Shown here: in pieces, positions 1-7,830 of the stretch
How the letters are laid out: each line of letters opens with the position of its first letter
Numbering within the stretch: position 1 is the first letter of the stretch
Source: an uncultured delta proteobacterium
GTDB lineage: Bacteria; Desulfobacterota; Binatia; Binatales; Binataceae
Assembly: GCA_963711565.1 (NCBI GenBank)
Contig: CAVQEQ010000003.1
Location: forward strand, 1,335,629 to 1,359,628
Direction: 5' to 3'
DNA length: 24,000 bases
Notes under the pieces: model-generated
Told to the model about the DNA's origin: nothing
The model's database searches: none
What the model saw: the letters and a program-made list of their open reading frames with translations, nothing else
Program-made: the position numbers and the translations under genes

Positions 1-1
1 G

Positions 2-325
2 CACGCCGCGGGCCACACTGGTTCCCGCAATGGCATGGGAAATCGGTGGGGAAAGGGCTACAGACGTGGCCTGGTCAATAGCTCCTTCGGATCTTCCTAT
101 TACGGATACGGCGGTTACGGCGGCTACGGGAATGAGATCGTCGAGAACGACGATGAAGCCGACTGGTCCGAACAATGGGCATCGATATACGAAGATAACG
201 ACGGCCCCTACGCGAGATCCACCCGCGAAACCTCATCCGGCCCAGCGCGCATGTGGGTATTTACGGACAAAGACGGGGACACGACTACCTCAAGCTCTCC
301 AAATACCTCAAGCTGTGGAAAATAG
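2..325 (+). CDS. Partial C-terminal fragment of a Gly/Tyr-rich hypothetical protein, open at the left window edge
   Basis: Frame is open from the window edge (HAAGHTGSRNGMGNRW...GSSYYGYGGYGGYGNEIVENDDEADW...SSCGK*); biased composition, no recognised domain. An overlapping alternative frame (30-335) exists. Confidence 0.3.
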   Translation, partial: HAAGHTGSRNGMGNRWGKGYRRGLVNSSFGSSYYGYGGYGGYGNEIVENDDEADWSEQWASIYEDNDGPYARSTRETSSGPARMWVFTDKDGDTTTSSSPNTSSCGK

Positions 326-423
326 CGGCGGCTAGATATTCGCGACCCTGATGCTCGCGCCGCAATGCGCCGGCTAAGCGCTTCACCTTAGACTCTCGAC
401 TGGTTGACGCCGCGCCTGCGACC

Positions 424-1926
424 GTGTTCCTTCAAGGCGTGATCGAAGCCTTCATTGCACGGGTGCGTTTGCGCGTCGCGATTGCCGCCACCTCGATGCT
501 CGCCTGCCTCGCGATCGCCGGTTCCGCTTTCGCCGCATCACCTACGCCCAACCTTCTGCCGGCTGAGTCGCGGGGAGTGTCGCAGGCGCCGCCGCCTCAA
601 CCGATTAATTGGGACCGCGTCACGCAGGAAGCGACCGACCTGCTGTCCAGGTACATCCAGATCAACACCACCAACCCACCCGGCAACGAGCTCGACGCGG
701 CGCGGATGCTCAAGGAGAAATTTCTCACCGACGGCATTCCCGCTACGACTTGGGAGCCGCAGAAGGGACGCGGGATCGTCGCGGCGCGCTTGCGCGGTAT
801 CGGCAAGCATACCAAGTCCATCATCCTGCTGAGTCACATGGACGTGGTGCCAGCCAATCCGAAGGAATGGCAGGTCCCGCCGTTCTCGGGCCTCGTCAAG
901 AATGGGCAAATCTGGGGACGCGGCGCGATCGACGACAAGGGCCCCGGCGTCATCGAGCTGATGGCGATGCTCGCGATCAAGCGCGCGGGCATCCTGCTCA
1001 ATCGCGACGTTTTGTTCATTGCCACCGGCGACGAGGAAGAAGGCGGCAAGAACGGCGCGGGATGGTTTGTCGATCATGAGGCCAGCGTCTTCTCCGACGC
1101 CGGTTACCTGCTAAACGAAGGCGGCGGGATTAGCCCGCTGGCCGACAACAAGCGAAAAGTTTACGTGGTGTCCGTTACCGAGAAGACGCCGCTGTGGCTC
1201 CGGCTCACCGCCAGCGGCCCCGCCGGGCACGCATCCGATCCGCCGTCGGAAACCGCGGTCACGCGGCTGGTGCGCGCGCTGGACAAGTTGAGCGAGTACA
1301 AAACGCCGATCCACGTGATCGGGCCGGTGCAGGATTACTATCATACGATGGCCGAGCTCGATCACGGTCCCAAACAGCAGCTCGATCTCAGCACCGCGCT
1401 GAAGGATCCCGAATATCAGAATAAGTTTCTTGCCGATCCGAGTCAGAATGCTGCCGTGCGCGATACGATTACGCCCACGGTGCTGTCCGCCAGCCAGAAG
1501 ACCAACGTGATTTCCGAGACGGCGTACGCCGAAATCGATTGCCGGCTGCTGCCGGGCAGCGATCCCAAGACGGTCACGAGCGACATCAAGAAAGTGATCG
1601 GCGATGACACGATCAAGGTCGATGTGCTCCTGAACTTTCCGCCGATCTCGTCGCCCTCGCGCTCGCCCCTGATGACCTCGATTGATACGCTGGCGCGGGA
1701 GCACGATCAGGCCAGCGTGGTGCCGTCGATGATCATCGAATTCACCGACAGCCACTACTTCCGCCAGAAAAAGATCGTCTCTTATGGTTTCATCCCGATC
1801 GAAGTTCTCCCCGCCGAGGGAAAAGGCATTCACGGCATCAACGAACGCATCGGCGTGAAGGAACTCGCCGACGGAATTCAGCGGATGGTAGAGTTGCTCA
1901 AGAATTTCGGGGCCAGAATTAGGTGA
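424..1926 (+). CDS. Exported M20-family zinc peptidase (M20/M25/M40, carboxypeptidase/deacylase-like)
   Basis: Signal-peptide-like N terminus (MLACLAIAGSAFAAS), metal-site motifs SHMDVVPA...GAIDDKGPG and GDEEEGGKNGAGW, long ORF. Start uncertain (GTG at 424 or a downstream ATG). Confidence 0.9.
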   Translation: MFLQGVIEAFIARVRLRVAIAATSMLACLAIAGSAFAASPTPNLLPAESRGVSQAPPPQPINWDRVTQEATDLLSRYIQINTTNPPGNELDAARMLKEKFLTDGIPATTWEPQKGRGIVAARLRGIGKHTKSIILLSHMDVVPANPKEWQVPPFSGLVKNGQIWGRGAIDDKGPGVIELMAMLAIKRAGILLNRDVLFIATGDEEEGGKNGAGWFVDHEASVFSDAGYLLNEGGGISPLADNKRKVYVVSVTEKTPLWLRLTASGPAGHASDPPSETAVTRLVRALDKLSEYKTPIHVIGPVQDYYHTMAELDHGPKQQLDLSTALKDPEYQNKFLADPSQNAAVRDTITPTVLSASQKTNVISETAYAEIDCRLLPGSDPKTVTSDIKKVIGDDTIKVDVLLNFPPISSPSRSPLMTSIDTLAREHDQASVVPSMIIEFTDSHYFRQKKIVSYGFIPIEVLPAEGKGIHGINERIGVKELADGIQRMVELLKNFGARIR

Positions 1927-1930
1927 TGCG

Positions 1931-3130
1931 ATGATTCGAGCCGGGGTCGGTCATTCGACCGCGCGCAATCCGCGCAACGCCGCTGCCGAGGCCACCGCCG
2001 CCGCGCTCGCGCAGGCGGGGATTAGCCGCGCAGTGGGCGCGCTATGCTTCGCGACTCCGGCCTACGGCGCCGCGTATCCGATGATCCTGCGCGCGGTGGC
2101 TTCCGAAGCAGGCACGCGCGAAGTCGCGGGATGCTCGAGCATGGGCGTCATCGCGGGCGAGACCGAAATCGAATCCGGCCACGCGCTCGCTGTGCTGGTG
2201 TTCGGCGGCAACGAAAACGAGATCCGCGCAACGCGATTCTTCGTGCCGACGCTTCGCGGCCGTGCCGCAGGTGTCGCGGCTGACGTGGCAGCCGCCGTGC
2301 GTCCGCAGCTCGACAAAACGAACCTGCTGATTCTCTTTGCCGATACGTACAACTTCGAAGCCGAAGCGACGCTCGAAGCTCTCGGCGCTGAATTGCCCAG
2401 CGTGACGATCGCCGGCGGCGGTGCGAGCGAGGACGGCTCGATTGGCGAGACGTTCGTTTTCTGCGGCGACACAATCAGCTCGAACGCCGTTTCCGGGATG
2501 CTGTTGTCGGGAGACTTCGAGCTGACTCTTGCGAACACGATCGCATGCGGCCTGATCGGCGCGGCGCATCGCGTGACCGCCGCGCGCGACAATATCCTGA
2601 TCGAACTCGACGGGCGCCCCGCATACGAAGTCTTCGCCGAGGCCGCCGGCCCCCTTGCCGCAGATCTGCGCCGCGCGCTGACGTACGTCTTCGTCGCAAT
2701 TCCAGCATACGAGAATGCGCCAACGATCGAGCGCGGACAATTCGTCGTGCGCAATATCGTCGGCGCCAGCGAAGAGCACGGCGTAATCGCGGTCGCATTC
2801 CAGCCCAAAGTCGGCGACACACTTGGGTTTGTGCTGCGCGACGCCGAGCGCTCGCGCCAGGACTTGAAGGCGACGCTCGACGACTTGAATGATCGCCTCG
2901 ACCCCCAGGCGCCGCCCGCGTTCGGCTTGTACTTCGATTGCGTCTCGCGCGGCGCCGGCCTCTACAACATTCCGGGCCACGACTCCGCCTACATCAGGCG
3001 CGCGCTGGGCCCCGTTCCGATCGCCGGCTTCTTCACCGGTTTCGAAATCGGCCCGTTGGCCGAGCAAACCTCGCTGCTGCAGTACTCAGGCGTCCTCGCG
3101 CTGATCTCGGAGAGAAAATTGCAGAGTTAA
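1931..3130 (+). CDS. FIST N-terminal/C-terminal domain signal-sensing protein
   Basis: VAGCSSMGVIAGETEIESGHALAVLVFGG, AGGGASEDGS, and C-terminal FGLYFDCVSRG...PIAGFFTGFEIGP...LQYSGVLAL pattern typical of FIST proteins; follows the upstream gene by 4 bp. Confidence 0.85.
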   Translation: MIRAGVGHSTARNPRNAAAEATAAALAQAGISRAVGALCFATPAYGAAYPMILRAVASEAGTREVAGCSSMGVIAGETEIESGHALAVLVFGGNENEIRATRFFVPTLRGRAAGVAADVAAAVRPQLDKTNLLILFADTYNFEAEATLEALGAELPSVTIAGGGASEDGSIGETFVFCGDTISSNAVSGMLLSGDFELTLANTIACGLIGAAHRVTAARDNILIELDGRPAYEVFAEAAGPLAADLRRALTYVFVAIPAYENAPTIERGQFVVRNIVGASEEHGVIAVAFQPKVGDTLGFVLRDAERSRQDLKATLDDLNDRLDPQAPPAFGLYFDCVSRGAGLYNIPGHDSAYIRRALGPVPIAGFFTGFEIGPLAEQTSLLQYSGVLALISERKLQS

Positions 3131-3343
3131 CACGGCTCGCCCGTCTTTCCGATTCCCTCCCCCGTCCTTTTTCTGATCCCCTCCCCCGTTCGCGGGGGGA
3201 GGGTTAGGGTGGGGGACAATATGGCGCGCGATTGTCCGGTGCGCGCCATATTCTGTCGCTGCGGCGAAATTTGAACTTAAGGTCCCCCACCCGACGCTCG
3301 ATGACGAGCGTCGGCCTCCCCCCATGAATGGGGGAGGCGAAGA

Positions 3344-4117
3344 TCATCGCAGTTTGCGCGTCACCAGCATCGCGATTCGGTATGTGAAATACATCTCACC
3401 GTCGATTCTGACCGGACGCGCGCCGCTCAGATCTTCGACCGCGTCCCGCTCGACCATCGCAACCGCCTTCGCCGCGCGCTCCGGCGACGTATGCGCCGCC
3501 TTGATCCATTGCGAGACGGGAGTGCGATAGCCGTGCGACCTAAACCGTACTATCTCGAGGCCCGCCGCGCCCATCATCCGGACCAGTTCGCTGATCGCGA
3601 GCGCACTCGTATGCGACGTGTCGCGCAACCGCTCGAACTCGTTGTAGTACGCCGCGCGCTCGGGCTGCTCGCTGGCAATCAAATCCTCGATCGCCACCAG
3701 CCCGTCAGCGCGGCACACGCGCGCCATCTCGGCGATCACCCTTTCCGGCGCCGCGAAATGATGCACCGCGAAGCGGCACAGGACGACATCGAATTCGCCG
3801 TCCTTGAACGGCAGCCTCGACTCCACATCGCCCTTCGTGAAGCTGACGTTGGCAAGTCCACGTTCCGCGCGCATCTTCTCCGCAATCTTGAGCGGCGCGT
3901 CGGTCAGGTCGATGCCGACGACTTCGCGGCAGACCTGTGCAAACGCCATCGCGACATGCCCCGGTCCCGTCGCGACTTCCAGCACGCGCGCATCGGCGGG
4001 CGGCGCGACAATCTCGACCAGCTTGCGCAGATGCTCGGCGTCACGAATCGCGGGCGCAGTCGCGTAGTCGTTCGCCTGCCGGGTGAATTCTTCGCGGACG
4101 AGATCTTTGTGTTCCAT
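3344..4117 (-). CDS. Class I SAM-dependent methyltransferase (UbiE/type 11-like)
   Basis: RVLEVATGPGHVAMAFAQ (motif I), GIDLTDAPL, GDVESRLPFKDGEFDVVLCRFAVHHF. The track ORF extends to 4450, but homology-like sequence begins at MEHKDLVREEF (4117) or MDDLGN (4135). Confidence 0.87.
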   Translation of the reverse strand: MEHKDLVREEFTRQANDYATAPAIRDAEHLRKLVEIVAPPADARVLEVATGPGHVAMAFAQVCREVVGIDLTDAPLKIAEKMRAERGLANVSFTKGDVESRLPFKDGEFDVVLCRFAVHHFAAPERVIAEMARVCRADGLVAIEDLIASEQPERAAYYNEFERLRDTSHTSALAISELVRMMGAAGLEIVRFRSHGYRTPVSQWIKAAHTSPERAAKAVAMVERDAVEDLSGARPVRIDGEMYFTYRIAMLVTRKLR

Positions 4118-4280
4118 ATTTCCCAAGTCGTCCATTGTCGCCGTTCCGGCGAGCGAATCAAGCGCGCAACCGCATCCTCCCGGCGCTTGCGCGGCTGAAA
4201 GCCTTAATGGTACCTGAAACATGGATCTGAGCGGTTTCAAGCCGCAGGATTCCCCATCGAGAAAACGGAGGATTGCCAAG

Positions 4281-5408
4281 TTGGATTTCGGATTTTCTGA
4301 AGAACAAGAGATGCTTCGGGACGCGGCCAAGCGCTTTCTGGCCGACAACTGCCCGACCAAGTTTGTCCGCCAGATGATGGCGGACCCGACCGCGCACGAC
4401 GCCGCTTTCTGGAAAAAGCTGGTCGAACTCGGATGGCCCGGCCTGCTCATCCCCGAAAGTTACGGCGGGCAGGGCGGCAGCTTCCTCGACATGACGGTGA
4501 TCGTCGAAGAAGCCGGCAAGGCACTCGTGCCGGGGCCCTTCTTCACTTCCGCACTGCTCGCGGCGCCGCTCCTGATAGAAGGCGGCTCGGATCAGCAGAA
4601 GAAAGATCTGCTCCCGCGCATGGCGAAGGGCGAGTTTATCGGTACTGTCGCAATTGCCGAGGCTGCGGGCCGGTTCGACGCCGATGGAATCCAGCTCAAG
4701 GCGACCAAGTCCGGCAACGAATACACGATCACCGGCGAGAAGTTTTTCGTGCCCGACGCGCACGTTGCCAACGGGATGGCGGTTGCGGTCCGCACCGGCG
4801 GCAGCGGCGAAAAAGGAATTACGATCCTCGCGATGAACGCCAAGGCGCCCGGCATCACGATCACTCAGCTCAAGACCGTCGATATGACGCGGCGGCTGTG
4901 CCACGTGAAGTTCGACAATGTGAAAACTTCCGAACTCGTCGGCAAGGAAGGCGAGGGATGGCCGATTCTGCGGCGCACGCTCGACATCGCGACTGCGGGG
5001 CTCGCGGCCGAGATGGTCGGGACGGCACAGCGCGCGCTCGACATGTCGGTTGACTACGCTAAGACGCGCGTGCAATTCGGCAAGCCGATCGGTTCGTTCC
5101 AGGCCGTCAAGCACAAGTGCGTCGACATGATGGTCGCGGTCGAGAACGCGCGCTCGCTGACCTACTACGCATGCTGGACCGTCGATACCAAGGGCGCGGA
5201 AGCGGCGACCGCGGTGCCGATGGCGAAAGCGTACGCATCGGACATGGCGAAGAACGTGACGTCCGAGGCAATCCAGGTTCACGGCGGCATCGGCTTCACC
5301 TGGGAGCACGACATGCACCTCTTTCACAGGCGCGCACTAGCCGGCGAAGCCAACTTCGGCAACGCCCCGGTACATCGCGAGACCGTGGCAAAGTCGCTGC
5401 TCGGCTGA
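4281..5408 (+). CDS. Acyl-CoA dehydrogenase
   Basis: LDFGFSEEQEMLRDAAKRFL...GWPGLLIPESYGGQGG...KYTITGEKFFVPDA...QVHGGIGFTWEHDMHLFHRRALAGEANFG. Likely TTG start at 4281 preceded by cggagg; the track start at 4221 gives a non-homologous leader. Confidence 0.9.
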   Translation: MDFGFSEEQEMLRDAAKRFLADNCPTKFVRQMMADPTAHDAAFWKKLVELGWPGLLIPESYGGQGGSFLDMTVIVEEAGKALVPGPFFTSALLAAPLLIEGGSDQQKKDLLPRMAKGEFIGTVAIAEAAGRFDADGIQLKATKSGNEYTITGEKFFVPDAHVANGMAVAVRTGGSGEKGITILAMNAKAPGITITQLKTVDMTRRLCHVKFDNVKTSELVGKEGEGWPILRRTLDIATAGLAAEMVGTAQRALDMSVDYAKTRVQFGKPIGSFQAVKHKCVDMMVAVENARSLTYYACWTVDTKGAEAATAVPMAKAYASDMAKNVTSEAIQVHGGIGFTWEHDMHLFHRRALAGEANFGNAPVHRETVAKSLLG

Positions 5409-5431
5409 TCGCGATTAGTTAGGATTGACGG

Positions 5432-5463
5432 AGGGCCGCAGGTGATGGACCTGCGGCCCTTTT
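5432..5463 (+). terminator. Rho-independent terminator after the acyl-CoA dehydrogenase
   Basis: AGGGCCGCAGGT (5432-5443), gatgg loop, ACCTGCGGCCCT (5449-5460), then TTTTG. Confidence 0.85.
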
Positions 5464-5581
5464 GTTCTTCCGGCACCGCAAAACAACCTAACCCAACCCA
5501 AGAGGGAAGGGGAACAATCGCGAAGAGAGGACGTAGAGGTGATTCCTGATGAACCGGTCCGTCCTTTTGGACTCGGTCTTC

Positions 5582-5769
5582 GTGTCATTCAGAGCGAAGC
5601 GAAGAATCCCGGAGCCGTGCGTGATACCGCGGAAATTCGCGGAGTTGCCCGAAGGTCAAGTGCATTGCTACGCAGTCCACCGTCGCGCATCGCAGTCGCG
5701 CCGTGGTTGCCGTTGCATCAGTAGGCATCGAGAAAGATCCGGGATTCTTCGCTTCGCTCTGAATGACAC
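5582..5769. repeat. MITE-like/interspersed inverted-repeat element, perfect 32-bp arms
   Basis: GTGTCATTCAGAGCGAAGCGAAGAATCCCGGA at 5582-5613 is the exact reverse complement of 5738-5769; 124-bp interior with no supported ORF. Confidence 0.8.
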
Positions 5770-5825
5770 AAAGGACAAACGGACAGGCGCGCCGTGGATG
5801 CGGATGAACGAATCGCGAAATTCTG

Positions 5826-6164
5826 CTACGCGATGGACTTTGCTCTCTCTTCTTCGGCGGCGGCGCTTCTTGCAGCCAGGCGGTCGCGCATTGCGCGGTG
5901 ACTTTCGCGCGTTATTGGGTAACAGCGCGCACGATCGGAAATGTTGCCGACCAGCGGGTCGGTCGTCGCGTCCAGCACCAGCGCGAGGAAGAATGCAAGT
6001 CCGGCGAGCGATGGAGAGAGGCACTTGCGATCGGTATAAAAATAGAGGAGATGAAGCCCGATTAGAGTCGCGCACAGGTTGAGGCCGGTCTGCGCCTGCG
6101 CGTAGATTAGCAGGGGACGAAGGCCGATCTTCTCACTCGAATCCCGGTTTGCCACGGCCCGCAA
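5826..6164 (-). pseudogene. N-terminal remnant of an MFS_2/MelB (GPH-family) transporter
   Basis: SEKIGLRPLLIYAQAQTGLNLCATLIGLHLLYFYTD...LAGLAFFLALVLDATTDPLVGNISDRAR resembles the first two helices and DP(L/M)xGxxSDRxR motif, then resemblance is lost and the frame ends; only ~112 aa. Confidence 0.6.
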
Positions 6165-6174
6165 AGACTACTCG

Positions 6175-7011
6175 ATGGACACGCGGATATACAAAGCGAT
6201 TGCGATTCCCCTGCTGCTGATGTGGTTCGCTGTGCTGATTCTGTCGCTCGCGCTGTCGGTGCAGGGATGCTCGACGGTCACCTCGAAGGTCAAGTCGATC
6301 ATGGGGACCTCCGACGACGACGACTCGGCCGATCTCGACGACGCGGCCAACGCCAACGAAGGCGAGCCGCTGCCGCCGCCGGTCGCGAACGTCGCGATCA
6401 GCTACCGGCGTCCCGGCGACGCGCTGGCGCGGGCGACGGTGATCAAGTTCTTCGGCGCCGAAGTGATCGCGAACCATCAACGCGACGCGACGCATACCGA
6501 GTCCGTGGTGCGATTCGACGGCGGCGTTCCAATCTGGGAGTTCAAGGCCGACGAAAGCACGTTCGGCTCTTTCACCGGCGTTGGCGAGTCCAAGTACACG
6601 CTCAAGAATATCGAGTACTCGAAAGTGCCGACGCACTTCGCGCAGGTGCTGCCCGAGGAAGGACCGCCCGAGCCGCTTGACCGCGGCTCTTACTACGTCT
6701 TTCAGATCGAACGTCAATCGGGTTCGACCAGCTACCAGGCGGTCAAGGTGCTGGCCGACGGCTCGCTGCAGGCCTACAACGCGCAACCGCGGGCGGGCAG
6801 CAGTTACCTGCTGTGCTGCAACGTGACGGCGGATTTTCCCGAACCGGTGATTCTGCCCGATACAACAACGCAAGACGCCGGAACTGCGGGCGCCTCGCCG
6901 GACGAATCTCCCGACCAATCCGGCCCTCCGCCAGACCAATCAGGCGCGAATCCAGATCAATCCGAGCCCACCCCGTCGCTCGATCCCAACCCCATGAATG
7001 GCGGGCCATAG
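6175..7011 (+). CDS. Hypothetical membrane-anchored or secreted lipoprotein-like protein with Pro/Asp/Gln-rich C-terminal tail
   Basis: N-terminal hydrophobic helix IAIPLLLMWFAVLILSLALSVQGCS (lipobox-like cysteine), acidic linker DDDDSADLDD, tail with three PDQS repeats. Confidence 0.65.
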   Translation: MDTRIYKAIAIPLLLMWFAVLILSLALSVQGCSTVTSKVKSIMGTSDDDDSADLDDAANANEGEPLPPPVANVAISYRRPGDALARATVIKFFGAEVIANHQRDATHTESVVRFDGGVPIWEFKADESTFGSFTGVGESKYTLKNIEYSKVPTHFAQVLPEEGPPEPLDRGSYYVFQIERQSGSTSYQAVKVLADGSLQAYNAQPRAGSSYLLCCNVTADFPEPVILPDTTTQDAGTAGASPDESPDQSGPPPDQSGANPDQSEPTPSLDPNPMNGGP

Positions 7012-7139
7012 CGCCTTAATCACTCTTTTTCGCCCATTTGCTGCCTGATTCGACTACTCCTTGAGCTCAAAATTCCGTAATAAATCGGCCTAGTCCTCTT
7101 GTTCGAAGAGCCGCTCATTTATGAATTTATATTCAGTTA

Positions 7140-7164
7140 TGAGTCAATAATCGGAATTGACTCA
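7140..7164. promoter_or_regulatory. Candidate TetR-family operator (perfect dyad)
   Basis: TGAGTCAAT (7140-7148) - aatcgga - ATTGACTCA (7156-7164), 9-bp perfect arms just upstream of the TetR start. Confidence 0.65.
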
Positions 7165-7192
7165 CGATTCATTTTTCGTCATAAACTGTCTC

Positions 7193-7804
7193 GTGGGAGA
7201 AGTTGCTCGACAAGCTGGCGACGCGCCTAACCGGTTCGATCGGCGGCGCGAAAAAACGCGCTTCGATCTGATGCAGGCGGCCGAGCGCGTCATCTCGAGC
7301 AAGGGCTACCATCAGACGCGCATCGCCGACATCGCCACTGAAGCCGACGTTGGCCTCGGCACCTTCTACCTCCACTTCAAGACCAAGAACGAAATTTTCA
7401 TCGAGCTGATCGAGCATGGCGCGGCGGAGTTGCGTAAGAATCTCGCCGAGGCGAAGGCGGGCCTGCATACGCCGGCTGAGAAGCTCAAGGTCACGATCGA
7501 TACGATTCTCGACGCGGCGGCCGAGGCGCCCGAACTTTTCCGAATAGTGTTCGGCCACAGCCCCGCGTTTCTCGATCTGATGGTCCGCGTCCACGAGGTG
7601 TTCATCGACGACCTGCGCGACGACCTTGCGCCCGCGGTCGGCGAGCGCGCGGACGCGATTGCGCATCTGACGATCGGGATGTTGTCGCAGGCTATTTCGT
7701 GGCTGCTCGCGAGCCGCGATCTCTCTCACGCGGAATTGAAAAACGTCACCGTAAATTTTGCCTTGGGCGGACTCGAGCGCGCGGCACGGCTCGGCGCCCC
7801 GTGA
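7193..7804 (+). CDS. TetR/AcrR-family transcriptional regulator
   Basis: N-terminal HTH RVISSKGYHQTRIADIATEADVGLGTFYLHFKTKNEIF. The track start (TTG 7157) lies inside the operator-like palindrome; in-frame GTG at 7193 is more plausible. Confidence 0.9.
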   Translation: MGEVARQAGDAPNRFDRRREKTRFDLMQAAERVISSKGYHQTRIADIATEADVGLGTFYLHFKTKNEIFIELIEHGAAELRKNLAEAKAGLHTPAEKLKVTIDTILDAAAEAPELFRIVFGHSPAFLDLMVRVHEVFIDDLRDDLAPAVGERADAIAHLTIGMLSQAISWLLASRDLSHAELKNVTVNFALGGLERAARLGAP

Positions 7805-7830
7805 AAAAGTGAATCTGGAGGATTCTCACA

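Noticed and set aside
1111-1833. 240-aa minus-strand ORF
   Set aside because: Antisense to the M20 peptidase; shadow ORF.
2042-3067. 341-aa minus-strand ORF
   Set aside because: Fully antisense to the FIST-domain gene; no recognisable domain.
3086-3325. 79-aa minus-strand ORF (PHPNPPPANGGGDQ...)
   Set aside because: Translation of the hairpin/repeat cluster; low complexity with no domain.
4158-5327. 389-aa minus-strand ORF opposite the acyl-CoA dehydrogenase
   Set aside because: Antisense shadow ORF in high-GC DNA; composition is unconvincing and the opposite strand encodes a clear acyl-CoA dehydrogenase.
5549-6082. 177-aa plus-strand ORF and overlapping 5668-6075 minus ORF
   Set aside because: They translate through the inverted-repeat element (FRAKRRIP / GILRFALNDTKD), a sign of noncoding repeat sequence rather than genes.
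6133-6939. 268-aa minus-strand ORF
   Set aside because: Antisense to the 6175-7011 gene, low-complexity Arg/Val/Gly-rich translation. The opposite strand has a more plausible signal or anchor sequence, though this is less certain than the other cases.
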